Shown here piece by piece: positions 29,021-38,332 of a DNA stretch of 64,000 nt. The position numbers were made by a program, and so were the translations under genes. Position 1 is the stretch's first letter; each line of letters begins with the position of its first letter. Source of the DNA: Promethearchaeota archaeon (lineage in GTDB: Archaea > Asgardarchaeota > Lokiarchaeia > Sigyniarchaeales > SOKP01); NCBI GenBank assembly GCA_019894975.1, contig JAGXNO010000014.1:1-64000 (forward strand). The letters are read 5' to 3'. The notes below the pieces were generated by a model, which saw only the letters and a list, made by a program, of their open reading frames with translations, made no database searches and was not told where the DNA came from.

Positions 29021-30058
29021 ATGGTTATAAAGACAAAAGTTACAGAAATGTTAGGGATTAAACATCCAATAATTGCTGCACCTATGGGACCCTTTTATAC
29101 AAAAGAGTTGGCAGTAGCGGTGTCTGAAGCGGGAGGATTAGGAGTTTTAAGCCATACTAATATGTTTGGAAAGAATAGTATCGAAGAAATGAAGAGAGAT
29201 ATGGAGTTTGTGATAGAACATACAGATAAACCATTCGGATTTAATATTAGGACTGCTAGATTACAACTCGATGCGGCAAATCTTTGTCGTCAAATTCCAA
29301 AATTCATTATGGACAACCCAAAACTCAAAGAACAATGTATATATGCTATTACCAGCGCAGGATCCTCAAAAACACTTCCAAAAGCAAAACCTTACCAGAA
29401 ATTGAAAGAAGGGGGCTCAAATATTAAACATTTCCATGTAGCCCCAGCTCTATGGTTAGCGGATAAATGTGTTGCTTCCGGGGTTGATGGGATGGTTGTT
29501 ACTGGTTGGGAAGGTGGTGGTCACCAGAGTTATGAAAAAATAAGCTCTTTAGTTCTTCTGCAAGAAGTTAAACAAAAACACCCCGATTTTCCAGTTGTAG
29601 CATGTGGAGGGTTTGCAAGTGGGGAGGGTTTAGCTTCAGCTTTAGCAATGGGTGCAGGAGCAATTGCAATGGGATCTAGATTTATCGCATCGAAAGAGAG
29701 CGAATTTCACGATAAATACAAAAACATAGTACCCCCTGCAAAATCAAGTGATACTACATGGGTGACAGGAGTTTTAGGACCGATTCGTTTATGGAAAAAT
29801 CAATATTCATTACATCATGGAGTTGTGTCATCTAAAGAAGAAAAAATGGCATTAGAAGCTCAAATCACCCCCCAAATGGTAATGGAAGACCAAAAACATT
29901 ATGAAATGACGTATGATGGTGGTATTGAGGAGGGTGCTGTTCTTCTAGGACAAAGTATTGGAGTTATTAATTCAATAGATAATGTGCAACACATAATTAA
30001 TGATATTGTTACGGTTGCTGAAAAAAGGTTAAAGGAAGCTAATTCATTTATTTTTTAA
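29021..30058 (+). CDS. Nitronate monooxygenase / FabK-like flavin oxidoreductase (paralog of 14179-15231)
   Basis: LGIKHPIIAAPM, GWEGGGH, VVACGG, MGSRF. Confidence 0.9.
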   Translation: MVIKTKVTEMLGIKHPIIAAPMGPFYTKELAVAVSEAGGLGVLSHTNMFGKNSIEEMKRDMEFVIEHTDKPFGFNIRTARLQLDAANLCRQIPKFIMDNPKLKEQCIYAITSAGSSKTLPKAKPYQKLKEGGSNIKHFHVAPALWLADKCVASGVDGMVVTGWEGGGHQSYEKISSLVLLQEVKQKHPDFPVVACGGFASGEGLASALAMGAGAIAMGSRFIASKESEFHDKYKNIVPPAKSSDTTWVTGVLGPIRLWKNQYSLHHGVVSSKEEKMALEAQITPQMVMEDQKHYEMTYDGGIEEGAVLLGQSIGVINSIDNVQHIINDIVTVAEKRLKEANSFIF

Positions 30059-30139
30059 CTTCCTATCAAACTACGTTAAATACTTATATTGTTTTTTTTC
30101 TTATTCTATTATATTTTAAACAAAATCATAATTCTTAAG

Positions 30140-30379
30140 ATGAATGCAAAAAAAAAAATAGATCTAATTTCTGAAGTGCTAGACAGATATGATGATGGTG
30201 TTTGTTTTTATTGCGGTAGCACTCTAAATGGTAATATGCAAAATGAAGATTTCGATGAAGGTTATTCTGATGATTGGTGTCCTGATTGCAGTGAAAGCAT
30301 TGATCCTAATGATGATTGGGAAGAAGCATGCCTTATTGCGATTGAGAAACTGATTCATGGCAAAAAGTTCGAGCCCTAG
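30140..30379 (+). CDS. Small acidic zinc-finger protein
   Basis: CFYC...CPDC pair. ATG at 30140 is preferred over the tracked TTG. Confidence 0.7.
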   Translation: MNAKKKIDLISEVLDRYDDGVCFYCGSTLNGNMQNEDFDEGYSDDWCPDCSESIDPNDDWEEACLIAIEKLIHGKKFEP

Positions 30380-30411
30380 TTTTAATATCGTTCTGTAAAG
30401 AGAGATAAAGA

Positions 30412-30984
30412 GTGGAACAAAATTTAAAAATTAATGTGGTTGGAACAAGTAGTTCAGGGAAAACAACATTTTGTAGGAAATTATCTAGGATTTTATCTAT
30501 ACTCCATATCGAAATGGATGCACTATTCTGGGGCCCAAATTGGTGTTTACCTACTGATGAAGAATTTTTTCCAAAATTACGTTTAGCTTTAAAAGGGGAC
30601 AGTTGGATATTGGATGGAAACTATACAAGAAGCATCCCCATAAAATGGGAAAGTGTTACTACCATTATTTGGCTTGATTTTAGTTTCCTTCGTACATTGT
30701 ATCAAGCAGTTAATAGAGCAATTAAAAGAATTATTACAAGGGAAGAAATCTGGCCTGGTACTGGAAATAGGGAGGCGTTAAAGAGTTTGTTTAGCAAGGA
30801 TTCTATTGTACTTTTTATGATAAAATCTTATAGAAAGTTCAGACCATTCTATGAACCTTTAATTAAATCTGGTGATTATTCAAATATACAATTTATTAGG
30901 CTTAGATCACCTAGGGAAGTCAAATTATTTCTTACTAGAGTTAAAAAAAATAGAGATTTAATTTTTGACAGAACCACATCCTAA
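30412..30984 (+). CDS. Adenylate-kinase-like P-loop protein (FlaR/topology-modulation type)
   Basis: VVGTSSSGKTT, IEMDALFW, WILDGNY, IWLD. Confidence 0.85.
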   Translation: MEQNLKINVVGTSSSGKTTFCRKLSRILSILHIEMDALFWGPNWCLPTDEEFFPKLRLALKGDSWILDGNYTRSIPIKWESVTTIIWLDFSFLRTLYQAVNRAIKRIITREEIWPGTGNREALKSLFSKDSIVLFMIKSYRKFRPFYEPLIKSGDYSNIQFIRLRSPREVKLFLTRVKKNRDLIFDRTTS

Positions 30985-31007
30985 ATAAATTTGCAAAGCT
31001 CAATATC

Positions 31008-31469
31008 CTAAATTTTTCCTTGGCAGAAACAATCTGAGGAGTTTGAAATCTCTTCTCCACAGGGACACATTTTTGGGTGGGAGTATTTAACACAGATTTT
31101 ATTGATTGTATTACATGAGAAAAGTAAATTAAATTTTTCACTTTCGTTGTGAGCATCTTCAGGATTTAATCCCAATTCGTTGAATAATAAAAGTTCAAGA
31201 AGACGATTATGCCTATTCAATTCTTTTGCAAGCTCAAAACCTGATTTAGTTAATAGAACTTCATGGTATGGTTTATATTCTACATAACCTTGATTTTTAA
31301 GCCTTTTAATACAACTTCCCAACGTAGAATGAGAGATTCCAGTCTTATGAAATACGTCTAAGTGACTTAAAAAAGGATCATTATCTAACATCTGCTTAAT
31401 CTCTCCAATTTTTAAACTCTTTCCCGATTTTAGTAAAGTTTTGACAACAATATAATCTATATCAATCAT
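31008..31469 (-). CDS. DtxR/MntR-family metal-dependent repressor
   Basis: IKRLKNQGYVEYKPY..V.LT..G...A....RHNRLLE, AHNESE, HPKMCPCG. Confidence 0.88.
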   Translation of the reverse strand: MIDIDYIVVKTLLKSGKSLKIGEIKQMLDNDPFLSHLDVFHKTGISHSTLGSCIKRLKNQGYVEYKPYHEVLLTKSGFELAKELNRHNRLLELLLFNELGLNPEDAHNESEKFNLLFSCNTINKICVKYSHPKMCPCGEEISNSSDCFCQGKI

Positions 31470-31487
31470 TTCAAATCTTTTTTATTT

Positions 31488-32246
31488 TTAATGGTTATGC
31501 ATACCTAAAGATAACAAAACCCACATTAATGCTATTCCAACAATAATAAGTAATAATTGTTGAATAATATATTTTAATTGAGTATTTTTATGTAACTCCG
31601 GAGTTAAATCAGATAAGGCTATATATAAAAAGCTTGCTGCTGAAACGGCTAACAAGAACGGAACGAAAACATCTAAGGGATCTAATAGAAAATATGCAAC
31701 GATTGCAGCGGGAATTGTGGTAGAACTCGAAAGGGTATTAAATAATATCGCTTTCTTTTTTGAATATCCCGAGTGTAACAATATAGCAAAATCCCCTGTT
31801 TCCTGTGGGATTTCATGAGAAATAATTGTTATACCTACAATAATTCCAAGATGGAATTCGGTTAGAAACGCAGCAGTTATAACAATACCATCAGTGAGAT
31901 TATGTAATGCATCTCCTAAAAGTATAATTGGTCCTGAAGCATGGGAATGAACTTCACACGTGGTATCACGACAATTTCTCCAAGTAATAATTTTCTCTAA
32001 AAAGAAAAATCCAATAATTGCGATTAGAACAGTTGGCATAATGAAATGAGGTTCACCACCAGAGCTCTCAATAGCTTCAGGTATTAATCCCAATAAAGAT
32101 GCAGTAAGTAATACTCCTGTGGCAAAAGATAATAAAGAGGGTACTAGTTTTTTCTGTACATCCTCTTTTAATGCCATAAAAAGCGCTGCTGCGGCTATCG
32201 CACCAATACTGCCCATAATGCTAAATAGGATAATCCAGATAAGAAT
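31488..32246 (-). CDS. ZIP-family metal transporter, probable ATT start
   Basis: LLSFATGVLL, GDALHNLTDG, HEIPQETGDF. The upstream extension (I)LIWIILFSIMG completes TM1. SD AGGTGA lies 6 nt before the ATT. Confidence 0.93.
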   Translation of the reverse strand: MLIWIILFSIMGSIGAIAAAALFMALKEDVQKKLVPSLLSFATGVLLTASLLGLIPEAIESSGGEPHFIMPTVLIAIIGFFFLEKIITWRNCRDTTCEVHSHASGPIILLGDALHNLTDGIVITAAFLTEFHLGIIVGITIISHEIPQETGDFAILLHSGYSKKKAILFNTLSSSTTIPAAIVAYFLLDPLDVFVPFLLAVSAASFLYIALSDLTPELHKNTQLKYIIQQLLLIIVGIALMWVLLSLGMHNH

Positions 32247-32271
32247 TTTATTTCACCTTGGTTTAATAAAA

Positions 32272-32291
32272 ATTTACGATCCTTCGTAAAT
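32272..32291. promoter_or_regulatory. Perfect inverted repeat ATTTACGA-N4-TCGTAAAT, putative DtxR/MntR operator
   Basis: Lies between a BRE/TATA-like GAAAAGTTTAAG (minus strand, about 32317-32328) and the SD of the ZIP-DtxR operon. Confidence 0.6.
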
Positions 32292-32446
32292 CAAGTAACG
32301 AGTAGAGAATATTACTCTTAAACTTTTCTTATAACAAATTGACCGTAAAAAGAATTATTTTTGAATTTCCTTTCTTATTGAGTAAATTAATTTTATAAAG
32401 GCTTAAAAATTCAAGATTCTTAGATAACTATAAAAAGGCGATTTTA

Positions 32447-33055
32447 ATAATAGAAAACAATAAAACATCTAAAAATGGTAATTTCAAAGAGCACCTTACA
32501 CCGAGATTTATCCTTTCTCTTTCAATAATTGGTGTGTTTTCTGGGCTTATTTGCGTACTAACGATAATTATATCTATTCCAATTCCTGCTACTCAAGGTT
32601 TTATTAATATTGGTGATGCTGGAGTAATGATTTGTGGATTATTGTTTGGCCCAGTTATTGGGGGTCTTTCTGGAGGAATAGGGTCATCACTTGCTGATGT
32701 TTTATTAGGATATACAATATATGCTCCTGGAACTTTTATTATTAAAGGCTTAGAAGGTTTTTTAGTAGGCATTATTGCGAATCCAAAAAGAAATTATCAA
32801 AAAATTAATTATAGAGATATCTTAGCAGTTCTAGCTGGGGGATCTTTAATGGCATATGGGTATTTTTTGTACGAGATATTCATTTTTGGTGTTCCGGCTG
32901 CAGTATATGAATTGATTTTAAATGGTATAATTCAATTTGGTGTAGGGGGTGTAATTGCTCTTATATTTATTGCTACTGCAAGAAAACCCATAATTGATAA
33001 CCTACCACAGGTTTTTGACAAAGTTTTTTCTTCAAAAGAAAAAAATAAAAATTAA
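32447..33055 (+). CDS. ECF transporter S component, probable ATA start (32447 or 32450)
   Basis: IPIPATQGFINIGD, GGIGSSLADV..GY..YAPGTFIIKG.EG. The upstream frame adds the rest of TM1 (PRFILSLSIIGV). AGGCGA at 32436-32441. Confidence 0.88.
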   Translation: MIENNKTSKNGNFKEHLTPRFILSLSIIGVFSGLICVLTIIISIPIPATQGFINIGDAGVMICGLLFGPVIGGLSGGIGSSLADVLLGYTIYAPGTFIIKGLEGFLVGIIANPKRNYQKINYRDILAVLAGGSLMAYGYFLYEIFIFGVPAAVYELILNGIIQFGVGGVIALIFIATARKPIIDNLPQVFDKVFSSKEKNKN

Positions 33056-33057
33056 TT

Positions 33058-34014
33058 TTAAAAGTTAGAATAGGTCATAAATTTATTTCCTGAACCCAGA
33101 CTATAGAGTTCAAATTTTTGACCCCGTTTTGTTTCACAAAACATCTGAATCATCGGGAATAAATAGATTTGCGTAGTGATTTGAGAGTCATTATCTTTCT
33201 CATGTTTTTTATAGTCACTTCTAGCGGCACCAATTGTCTTGCTTATATTTTTGTTCATATAACCCAAGGAAGCTTCTGATTTAGATTCTAGTTCTTTGAA
33301 ATCACTAAATCTAATCCCTTCTACATCTTCAATCATACTATGAAGATCATCTCCAATTTCTTTTTCATATTTCGTCTGTGCACTACTATGTAGTATTGGA
33401 ACACCAGTTATTACCGTTTTAAAGGGAACTGGAAGGATATCATATTTATACATGTTTTTATGGCCCCCACATTCTTTACATGGTTCAGTTTTGTTTCCAG
33501 TTCCATAACAAGCACCACAAGAATAAGAAAATTGTTTCTTCTCTTTATTCTGTTCTTCACCTACCAAAACAGTAAGAGTTTCTTCTATTTTTCCAGTTCC
33601 CTTGCAAGTCTTACATCTATCTTCTAAGTATCCTTTACCTTTACAATTTTTACATGGAACTGCTTGAATAGATTCATACTGAGGAACCTTCTCATCTCCT
33701 TTCCAGTTTTCTTTGTTTATTTTGGTTGCGCCTTTAAAAGAATAGAATTGTTCTCTGCCTACTCTAGGAGGGGTAACTAAATTTTCCTCTTTCCCTTTTG
33801 GAGCTGGACCAAGAGACTTTTTTACAGCAAAATATATAGCTGCTTCTTTCATTGTATCCTTTACATATTCTGCAGCACTAATTGCCTCTAATGAGAAAGC
33901 TGCACCTTTGGTTCCAAACTGTTTTTCCATCTTTTTCCGATCTATTCTTGCTGCTTTTTGTTTCCATCGTTCGAAAATTTCGTCAAGATTAGGTGTTTTA
34001 ATTCGAATCGACAT
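33058..34014 (-). CDS. DnaJ-type CxxCxGxG zinc-finger protein without J domain (SSUH2-like architecture)
   Basis: CKNCKGKG, CKTCKGTG, CGACYGTG and CKECGG repeats. No HPD motif. Confidence 0.75.
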   Translation of the reverse strand: MSIRIKTPNLDEIFERWKQKAARIDRKKMEKQFGTKGAAFSLEAISAAEYVKDTMKEAAIYFAVKKSLGPAPKGKEENLVTPPRVGREQFYSFKGATKINKENWKGDEKVPQYESIQAVPCKNCKGKGYLEDRCKTCKGTGKIEETLTVLVGEEQNKEKKQFSYSCGACYGTGNKTEPCKECGGHKNMYKYDILPVPFKTVITGVPILHSSAQTKYEKEIGDDLHSMIEDVEGIRFSDFKELESKSEASLGYMNKNISKTIGAARSDYKKHEKDNDSQITTQIYLFPMIQMFCETKRGQKFELYSLGSGNKFMTYSNF

Positions 34015-34158
34015 TTTATCATCACATATAACGTTAAATTAAAAATTTCAATAAATTTATTTAATTGATTTAGAATTATTAAAATATAAAATGATATAAT
34101 TTATTAGTTTTATATAAATTAATAATAAAAACCTAAATTAGAGAAAAATTGTGAAATA

Positions 34159-34320
34159 ATGTCAGCAGAGGAACGTACATCAGTAGAATATTTTCTAGAA
34201 TGGATTAAAGGGGGAGCTTTTGGGCAATGGGTTGAACACTTCTTAAACCAAGGAGATGAAGGAAAGCTTAGACAGATTAAGGAAGTCTATGATAAAATCA
34301 AGCAAGTTTTTGGATTTTAA
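34159..34320 (+). CDS. Small protein (53 aa), below the ORF-track cutoff
   Basis: MSAEERTSVEYFLEWIKGGAFGQWVEHFLNQGDEGKLRQIKEVYDKIKQVFGF*. GC-richer than its flanks, with GTGA upstream and a T tract downstream. Confidence 0.75.
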   Translation: MSAEERTSVEYFLEWIKGGAFGQWVEHFLNQGDEGKLRQIKEVYDKIKQVFGF

Positions 34321-34437
34321 ATTTCTATTCTTTTTTATTAACCTAATTTCAAATACTTTCATCTCTTTTATAGAAAAATTGAAGTGCAACTTTTTATTTG
34401 TTTTAATTATAATTTAATATTTTGAAAGGTACGATAT

Positions 34438-37107
34438 TTGAGCTTAACTTCAAGAGATTTTTTTATTGTTTTAGATAGGGCACAAAAGTCTAAGAAAGAC
34501 CTAATTTTTAATGTTAACTTCTTTTATCTTAAAAACTATAAGGAAAAAACTTTTAGATTTTCCTATGTCAACGAGCCTTTTTTTAGAGGTATAGTTCTTT
34601 TTGGTTTAGACTTTAAAAACCGAATTCGTCCCTTGAGTTTCAGTAAAATTGAAAAAGATGGAAAATACAATCCAGTTGACCCTCATCTTTTTGAAAGATT
34701 TTTATTTTCTTCCAATAATAGATTTATTGCATTTTCAAGCCAATCTTCTCCTGAAGATCTGATAGCTATTAATGAAATGCTTCAAAATTTCCAGGTTAAG
34801 AAAAATAAAATAAAAAATTTAACTTTTTGTAAATCTTGTTTAAGTACTCAGAAATTCACAATTTTAAATGAAAATCTTCAAATCAAATCAGTTAAAGATC
34901 AAATAATATGTGCTGATTGCGCCTTTGATATCATTTTTAGACAAGCAAAACTTAGAGGATTAATCAATCAAGATCGAATCAATCTAAAATTGAAAGGCTT
35001 TTTTACTCATATGATCTTGAAATTTAGAGATGTAAAAAAAGTTTTAAGCACATTTCAAGCAGATTTCAATCCTGTTATTAATAAAGATATTACACTTTAT
35101 GATATAGAACAAAAACCTTCGATTAGTAAGAAATATCTAAATCAAAAAATTGATGACATAGAGATCCCCCAACCTTTTAAAGAAGTTTTAAGACAATTAA
35201 AATTGAATTCTCTATTACCAATCCAAGCTCTCTCTGTTGAGAATGGTTTACTAAACGAAAATTCAAGTCAATTAATAATGGCTCCTACTTCAGGGGGAAA
35301 AACGTTAGTAGGCGAATTAGCGGGAATTTCAAAAGTTTTAAGAGACAAAACCTCAAAAATGCTGTATCTGGTACCTATTGTTGCCTTAGCTAATTTACGA
35401 ACAGAAGAGTTTAAAGAAAGATATAAATCTTTAAACTTAAGAATCTTAAAAAAGGTAGGGGAATCATTATTCGACAAGAGTGAGCAAATTCCTTCCGAAA
35501 ATTTAAAAGATGCAAATTTAATTATAGCTACCTATGAAGCAATAGATTACATCTTGAGAAGTGGACAAAAAGCACTTTTAGGAAATGTTGATACCATCGT
35601 TGTTGATGAAATTCAAACTTTAATTGATTCAGAGAGAGGTTATTTGTTAGATGGTTTTATTACTCGTTTGAAATTGTTTTATACAGAAGCTCAGTTCTTA
35701 TATCTAAGTGCAACATTAGGAGAGCCAAAACTTCTAGCCGATAAATTAAATTGTAAACTGATAATGTATAACAATAGACCTGTGCCAATTGAGAGACACC
35801 TATTATTATGTCTTAGTGAAGCGCAAAAATATAAACACATTTCTAAATTGGTTAAAGCTGCTTATTTTAAAAAATCAAAATATGGATTTAAAGGGCAATC
35901 AATAATTTTTACGAACACAAGAAAAAAGTGTGAGTCAATCACATCAAATTTACAGGAGAAGGGAATAGAAATATCAGCGTATCATTCAGGGTTAACTAAT
36001 GAAGAAAGAAAAATCATTGAGGGAAATTTCCGTTCTCAGAGAATATTTGGAGTAGCTGCTACAGCAGCGTTAGCTGCAGGAGTTGATCTTCCCGCAAGTC
36101 AAGTAATTTTTGAATCATTAGCAATGGGGATAAAATGGTTAACAGTTGCTGAATTCGAACAGATGTTAGGCCGTAGTGGTAGATTAAAAAAACATGAAAA
36201 GGGTTTAGCATATTTATTAGTAGAACCAGGAAAGATTTATTCTCCTAAAATGAAAGAAACTGAAGAAGAAATCGCAATTAAATTATTAAAAGGTAAGATC
36301 AAAGATTTTGAGCTTCCCCCAAATGAGAGTAAAAGTTTAACAGAATTATTGGCTTTAATATCAATGTTCAATGAAGGCATTAAGAAAGACCTTATCTACA
36401 GTTTTTTTAATCTTTTAATTAATAATAATTATGAATTTGAGTCGTTTTTAAAGAAATTAAATCAGAAGAAATTAGTAAGGATAAAAGAAAACTTTTTGTA
36501 TAAACCAACGCATCTAGGTCAAGCCATTGCAAAATCTTTCCTTACAATAGAGCAATGTTTAGAAATTGTGAAGAAGGTAAAAGAAAGGAAAAAGTCAGTC
36601 ATAGAAATTGCTCTTGACATTCAACCAATTAAAAATGTCTATTTGTCGAAAGGATTGGTCATAGATTTAGCAAAAAATGTGAATATGAGGTATCGTAGCA
36701 ACAATTTATTTAGTGGCAGTGTTCTTTCTCTTATGAATGCGGAATATGTTCGGAAGCGAAAATCGTTTTCTAAAGAATTCATTGATTTCATTTCGAAATG
36801 GGTAAGTGAAATTTTCAATTGTAAATGCAAAGATTCTCCATATTGTGATTGTGGTAGATTAAACCTTGAAAAGATGATTTTGAATTTACGTGTAGAGCAC
36901 AATTTATCGATAGAGGAAATCTGTGACCATTTCAATGAGGAATACAAAATTGTTATTTACAAAGGTGATATGATTGGGTATCTTGAAAATTTAATCTACA
37001 GTTTAGAAAGTATCAAAAATATTTTAGAGGGAAATTTTGATTTAGAACAAAAATTCAAAGTTGAAGTGCAAGAGATCCCAAATTTGATTGAGAAGATTAA
37101 ATATTGA
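34438..37107 (+). CDS. Archaea-specific Ski2-like SF2 helicase (COG1202 type)
   Basis: APTSGGKT, DEIQ, LSAT, YHSG, QMLGRSGR, N-terminal CxxC pairs and C-terminal CKCKDSPYCDC. Confidence 0.9.
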   Translation: MSLTSRDFFIVLDRAQKSKKDLIFNVNFFYLKNYKEKTFRFSYVNEPFFRGIVLFGLDFKNRIRPLSFSKIEKDGKYNPVDPHLFERFLFSSNNRFIAFSSQSSPEDLIAINEMLQNFQVKKNKIKNLTFCKSCLSTQKFTILNENLQIKSVKDQIICADCAFDIIFRQAKLRGLINQDRINLKLKGFFTHMILKFRDVKKVLSTFQADFNPVINKDITLYDIEQKPSISKKYLNQKIDDIEIPQPFKEVLRQLKLNSLLPIQALSVENGLLNENSSQLIMAPTSGGKTLVGELAGISKVLRDKTSKMLYLVPIVALANLRTEEFKERYKSLNLRILKKVGESLFDKSEQIPSENLKDANLIIATYEAIDYILRSGQKALLGNVDTIVVDEIQTLIDSERGYLLDGFITRLKLFYTEAQFLYLSATLGEPKLLADKLNCKLIMYNNRPVPIERHLLLCLSEAQKYKHISKLVKAAYFKKSKYGFKGQSIIFTNTRKKCESITSNLQEKGIEISAYHSGLTNEERKIIEGNFRSQRIFGVAATAALAAGVDLPASQVIFESLAMGIKWLTVAEFEQMLGRSGRLKKHEKGLAYLLVEPGKIYSPKMKETEEEIAIKLLKGKIKDFELPPNESKSLTELLALISMFNEGIKKDLIYSFFNLLINNNYEFESFLKKLNQKKLVRIKENFLYKPTHLGQAIAKSFLTIEQCLEIVKKVKERKKSVIEIALDIQPIKNVYLSKGLVIDLAKNVNMRYRSNNLFSGSVLSLMNAEYVRKRKSFSKEFIDFISKWVSEIFNCKCKDSPYCDCGRLNLEKMILNLRVEHNLSIEEICDHFNEEYKIVIYKGDMIGYLENLIYSLESIKNILEGNFDLEQKFKVEVQEIPNLIEKIKY

Positions 37108-37110
37108 AAA

Positions 37111-38307
37111 TTAAGTAGTATGTATTTCTATTATATCTCCATCTTTTAAAATATAATCTAAACCCACTTTCTTGCGTTTTTGGCGAGCTCCTTCTCGAAT
37201 CACCACAGCATGCTCAAAGGATTCAAAGAAGCTCTTATGGATCTTAATTGCAGCATCTTTAATAGTTGAGTCTTCATCCATAATTAATGGTTTTTCTGCA
37301 ATCCTTCTCGCTGAGCTCATTGTATAAATTCGTATTTTCTTTAGATATTTCAAAATTAATTCCCCAAAATTTTTGGGAAAATTTTGTTTTTGTACGCTAA
37401 TCCCCATGATTTTTGGAAATGTTTTTAAATATTCTCGTTCTAATTTATCGAAGGGTTCCTCAGTGTAGGGGAGATCACCTTTCGTTGCTATAATTAAGGC
37501 TTGTTTATATACAACAGATGGCGTTAATGCATCAACAAGATCATCAAGTGAGATTAATCCCAGAATTTTTATTATAGCGTTCCTGATCCCGTTTTCACGG
37601 ACAATTTCTTTAACTTTTTCTGTAAAGTCTTCAATATCCCCAATTTTTTTAGCTTCACCTGTTAAGTATAAAACCTGAATTTTGTTTGAACCAGTTTTTT
37701 GAACTGTTAGAGGAGGGGGAGGGATATTGATTCTAATTTCTGCTTTCGTTAATTCATCCACAAGTAAAGTCATTTGTTCTTCAATAGGTCTTGTTAAATC
37801 AACGCATAAGCAAATTAAATCACAGGATCTTAGTTGAGAAAGTATTTCTTTCCCATTACCTATACCCTCTGATGCACCCTTCATGATAGAAGGCATTTCA
37901 ACAATTTGGAATCGAATATTGTTAAAATGATATATTCCTATTTCAGGTAAAGCTGTAAACTTGCCTATTTTTTCCTTTGCTGCTCCAGTAAGATAATTTA
38001 AAAGAGATGTTTTACCTACACCAGGAGTATAATGAGCACTTATCATTATTATCTGGATCCCTTCCTTTTTAATAGAAAAGGGGCTAATAACTTTTTGGGT
38101 GGTTTTTAGTTGCCGTTGCCGGTCCTCAAGTTCACGTTTCATCTTTGCAATTCGAGATTTGTTTAATGCTATAATTTTCTCAGTTCCTTTATGTTTAGGA
38201 ACTAAAGAGATGAATTCCCCCAGCAATTTAATTTTTTGTTCTAAAGATCCTGCATCTAAATACTCTTGGTACTTTACTTTAGCATCTGCTCCAATATTCG
38301 AACTCAA
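37111..38307 (-). CDS. DRG/OBG-family GTPase with TGS domain, divergent motifs
   Basis: PKHKGTEK, PGVGKTS, TKGD, and TGS domain (IHKSF...KKVGLDYILKDGDIIEI). Confidence 0.88.
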   Translation of the reverse strand: MSSNIGADAKVKYQEYLDAGSLEQKIKLLGEFISLVPKHKGTEKIIALNKSRIAKMKRELEDRQRQLKTTQKVISPFSIKKEGIQIIMISAHYTPGVGKTSLLNYLTGAAKEKIGKFTALPEIGIYHFNNIRFQIVEMPSIMKGASEGIGNGKEILSQLRSCDLICLCVDLTRPIEEQMTLLVDELTKAEIRINIPPPPLTVQKTGSNKIQVLYLTGEAKKIGDIEDFTEKVKEIVRENGIRNAIIKILGLISLDDLVDALTPSVVYKQALIIATKGDLPYTEEPFDKLEREYLKTFPKIMGISVQKQNFPKNFGELILKYLKKIRIYTMSSARRIAEKPLIMDEDSTIKDAAIKIHKSFFESFEHAVVIREGARQKRKKVGLDYILKDGDIIEIHTT

Positions 38308-38332
38308 AACTCAATCCCTATAAAGAATGTTT

